Below, piece after piece: positions 29,505 to 32,000 of a stretch of 32,000 bases of DNA. The translations under genes were made by a program, and so were the position numbers. Origin of the DNA: Wolbachia endosymbiont strain TRS of Brugia malayi (GTDB lineage Bacteria; Pseudomonadota; Alphaproteobacteria; Rickettsiales; Anaplasmataceae); assembly GCF_000008385.1 (NCBI RefSeq), contig NC_006833.1, positions 1-32,000 of the forward strand, given 5' to 3'. Each line of letters begins with the position of its first letter. The stretch's first letter is position 1. Under the pieces are notes generated by a model. The model searched no databases. It saw nothing but the letters and a program-made list of their open reading frames with translations, and was not told the origin of the DNA.

Positions 29505-30155
29505 ATGACTGCAGAACTAAACATATGGAAAAAGGAAGACATAGCACTTATAACAAAAATGAGTATTGAAGGTACAGTTGCACTTGCATCTTTAGCGGCA
29601 GCAATAACAACAATATTAATTGCTAATAGTGTGATTGTTGGACCTGCATTTTTAATGTCTGTTGCTAGTCCTGTTGGAATTGCAGCTCTATTCATTGCAG
29701 CTATATATTTTGCTGTACAGGCTTATTCTTCATATCAGCAAATGTATAAGAGTGAAGAAGCTGAGGGAGCAGTTAAACAAGCTATAGCTGATGCAAAAAT
29801 AGTGGACCAAGTTACCCAGGCTGTAAACAATGCTGTAGCTGGTGCTAATATAGCAGATCAAGTTACTCAGGCTGTAAATAAGGCTAATATAGCAAGTCAG
29901 GCTGAAATAGCAGCTCAAAAAGTAATTGAAGAAAAAACTAAAGATTTAGCTACTAAAACTGAGCTGGGTAAAAAGGCTGATGCAGCTACACTAGATGCAA
30001 AAGCTGACAAGGATTACGTTGACGCTGAATTGAATGCAAAACTGAATTCAAGTGATCTTCAAGAAAAAGTTAAAGAAGTGTTACCTACTCTCTTACAAAA
30101 TCCTGAAGTTATGAGAATATTTGAAAGCAAGTTTCGAGCAAGAACAGGCGCATAA
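29505..30155 (+). CDS. Hypothetical membrane-associated coiled-coil protein
   Basis: 216 aa; two hydrophobic stretches (VALASLAAAITTILIANSVIVGPAFLMSVASPVGIAALFIAAIYFAV), then repeats DQVTQAVN at 17-residue spacing and a KADAATLDAKADKDYVDAELNAKL stalk-like segment. Confidence 0.78.
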   Translation: MTAELNIWKKEDIALITKMSIEGTVALASLAAAITTILIANSVIVGPAFLMSVASPVGIAALFIAAIYFAVQAYSSYQQMYKSEEAEGAVKQAIADAKIVDQVTQAVNNAVAGANIADQVTQAVNKANIASQAEIAAQKVIEEKTKDLATKTELGKKADAATLDAKADKDYVDAELNAKLNSSDLQEKVKEVLPTLLQNPEVMRIFESKFRARTGA

Positions 30156-30169
30156 GCTAAATGGAATGG

Positions 30170-30205
30170 GAGGTGGAGGCATCTCTACCTCTTTCCTTCC
30201 ACCTC
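30170..30205 (+). terminator. Possible terminator hairpin after the 216 aa ORF
   Basis: GAGGTGGA ... TCCACCTC 8-bp stem with a long loop and no clear poly-T tract. Confidence 0.35.
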
Positions 30206-30322
30206 AGCATATAAAATTCATTAAATTATTCCAAGTTTTAACTATATCTCCATCTAATGTTCACGCTTAAAGCATTAGATACTTTTTTTAAGATATAAGC
30301 TAATTTTATGTTAAAATAACGT

Positions 30323-30450
30323 TCTTGACTGGATTGCGGAAAGTCTGGACTCCAGCATCACGTGCTGGGTGCAGTTCATTGTACCGCGATTCATTTGTGG
30401 TATCTCTGAATTCCGCTAGCAAGCAGCGGGATGACGGTAGCCACAAAATA
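30323..30450. repeat. Dispersed repeat fragment
   Basis: GACTCCAGCATCACGTGCTGGG..., related in form to the GATTCCAGCGTCACACGCTG units at 7147-7430 and 28681. Confidence 0.5.
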
Positions 30451-30525
30451 TTTAAGAAATTTACTAAATAAAAAAAGGTAAAAAGAACCCTAGTCACTAT
30501 CTATTTTCTGTATTGACGTTTTTTG

Positions 30526-30690
30526 AGTCTTAAACACTTTATAAGTGAGTTTCAACTTATATAGGTAAAAACCTAGGGATGTTGTGTGAAGACATAAGAT
30601 GCATATAGTGCAAAAAATTAAACATAAAGTGCCAACTACGTGATACTTCGTCATTCAATCTGCACAGATTGAAGATAACTGAGTACCTTC
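30526..30690 (-). repeat. Copy B of the ~165 bp dispersed element
   Basis: Reverse complement GAAGGTACTCAGTTATCTTCAATCTGTGCAGATTGAATGACGAAGTATCACGTAGTTGGC...TTTTTACCTATATAAGTTGAAACTCACTTATAAAGTGTTTAAGACTC matches 6440-6605. Confidence 0.85.
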
Positions 30691-30739
30691 TAGTGCTATG
30701 GGGCTGACGAGGCTATCAAGTAGTTTTTATGCCAGTCAA

Positions 30740-31900
30740 CTACTTGCGCATATCCAAGATATTCTTTTCGTAAATATTATACCAACAATCCACTATTTTT
30801 CTTATGTCTCGTGGCTTGGTTTGCGGACCTATACTAACTCTAATTGAACACTCTGCTTGTTCTCTTGTTGCCCCCATTGCAAGCAAAACATGGGAAGGCT
30901 CAACTTTTCCAGAAGAACAGGCAGAGCCATTGCTAACAGCAATGTTATTTAAGTCAAAATTCATGAGCTGCACATCACTTTTCACTCCTGGCATGTAAAT
31001 AAGGCTCGTATTTGGTAGTCTTTTAGAGTTTTTGCCAAAGATTTTGATGCCACTGGCAAGATTCAATAACTCATACTCCAATTGATCACGTAGCTCCTTT
31101 ATTTCATCCATTTTTGATAGGAGATTTGAGATACTTTGCAATGCAGCAGAAAGACCTGCAATTGCAACAATATTTTCTGTGCCACCACGCAATCCTTTTT
31201 CTTGTCCACCACCTACTATGATAGGTTCTATTACGAGGTCTTTATTAAATATTAAAACTCCGCTGCCCGCTATACCGCCAAATTTGTGGGCAGATAAAGT
31301 TAGTAAGTCCATTCCTAAATCTTCCATATTAACCTTAATTTTTCCAACACTTTGAGCAGCATCAGTATGATAGATTGTCTCGAATTTATGTGCTATTTCA
31401 GCTATTTCTTTAACAGGCTGAACAACTCCAGTCTCGTTATTGGCCATCATAACCGAAACTATTACTCTATTTCCTTTAAGTTCACTTAAAATTCTTTCTA
31501 GCGCCAAAAGATCGACAATACCCCCCTGATTGACGGGTATTATATGTGGATTGCACGCAGAATTAAGAATTGAGGGATGTTCTACAGCTGAAATCACATG
31601 TTGAAAGCCTGCTATCCCTTTCATAACAAGACTATTTGCTTCAGTTGCACCAGACGTAAAAACTATTTCTTTATTACTTGGAACGCCAATAGCACTACGA
31701 ATGTTATCCCTTGCATCCTGAAGAATCCTTCTTGCTTCTTGTCCCTTTCTATGTAACGATGAAGGATTTAAAACCTGTTTTGATAGGACTTCAAGTATAC
31801 TCTCTTTTACACTGTCACTAACTGGAAAAGTTGCATTATAGTCAGCGTATATATAATCACTATTTTCTAAAGAAAATAGATTCAAATGTTCATTTGCCAC
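30740..31900 (-). CDS. Cysteine desulfurase (NifS/IscS family)
   Basis: 386 aa; YADYNATFPV, VFTSGATEANSLV, HTDAAQSVGKI, LSAHKFGGIAGSGVL, RGGTENI, NGSACSSGK. Confidence 0.93.
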   Translation of the reverse strand: MANEHLNLFSLENSDYIYADYNATFPVSDSVKESILEVLSKQVLNPSSLHRKGQEARRILQDARDNIRSAIGVPSNKEIVFTSGATEANSLVMKGIAGFQHVISAVEHPSILNSACNPHIIPVNQGGIVDLLALERILSELKGNRVIVSVMMANNETGVVQPVKEIAEIAHKFETIYHTDAAQSVGKIKVNMEDLGMDLLTLSAHKFGGIAGSGVLIFNKDLVIEPIIVGGGQEKGLRGGTENIVAIAGLSAALQSISNLLSKMDEIKELRDQLEYELLNLASGIKIFGKNSKRLPNTSLIYMPGVKSDVQLMNFDLNNIAVSNGSACSSGKVEPSHVLLAMGATREQAECSIRVSIGPQTKPRDIRKIVDCWYNIYEKNILDMRK

Positions 31901-32000
31901 TTAATTAGCCTACTATTAACTATATATTAGCTTTAACACGGTAAAAAGCTTGTTGCAAAAACAGTAAAATTAATACATAATTAATATATGCACAATTTAT

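Overview
AT-rich alphaproteobacterial window. Protein content and the dispersed palindromic debris fit Wolbachia (Anaplasmataceae); this is inference from remembered families, not a search. The intact genes are mostly housekeeping: hemE, an AspC-type aminotransferase, MFS transporter, glyA, era, a PolB-like 3'-5' exonuclease, porin-like outer-membrane protein, tRNA-Ser(GGA), second MFS transporter, aspS, ccmA, mrdB/rodA, an MrpD-like antiporter subunit, an NDUFA12-like protein, mlaD, pnp, rpsO and a cysteine desulfurase. The gaps between them hold many decayed genes that the ORF track misses, and I recovered these by joining reading frames by hand: a GIY-YIG nuclease, a class-3 lipase, a GTA/phage DUF2163 (TIGR02218) gene directly beside tRNA-Ser, a Fic protein with a broken core motif, an Rpn/PD-(D/E)XK fragment, the C-terminal part of an HK97/GTA-type portal protein, and a broken truB. 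Also notable are a ~165 bp element present twice in opposite orientation about 24 kb apart, a putative structured RNA with an 8-bp closing stem (6699-6826), and two unassigned repeat-bearing proteins (397 aa and 216 aa). I found no intact CRISPR array or intact defense cassette, and no convincing new multi-gene system.
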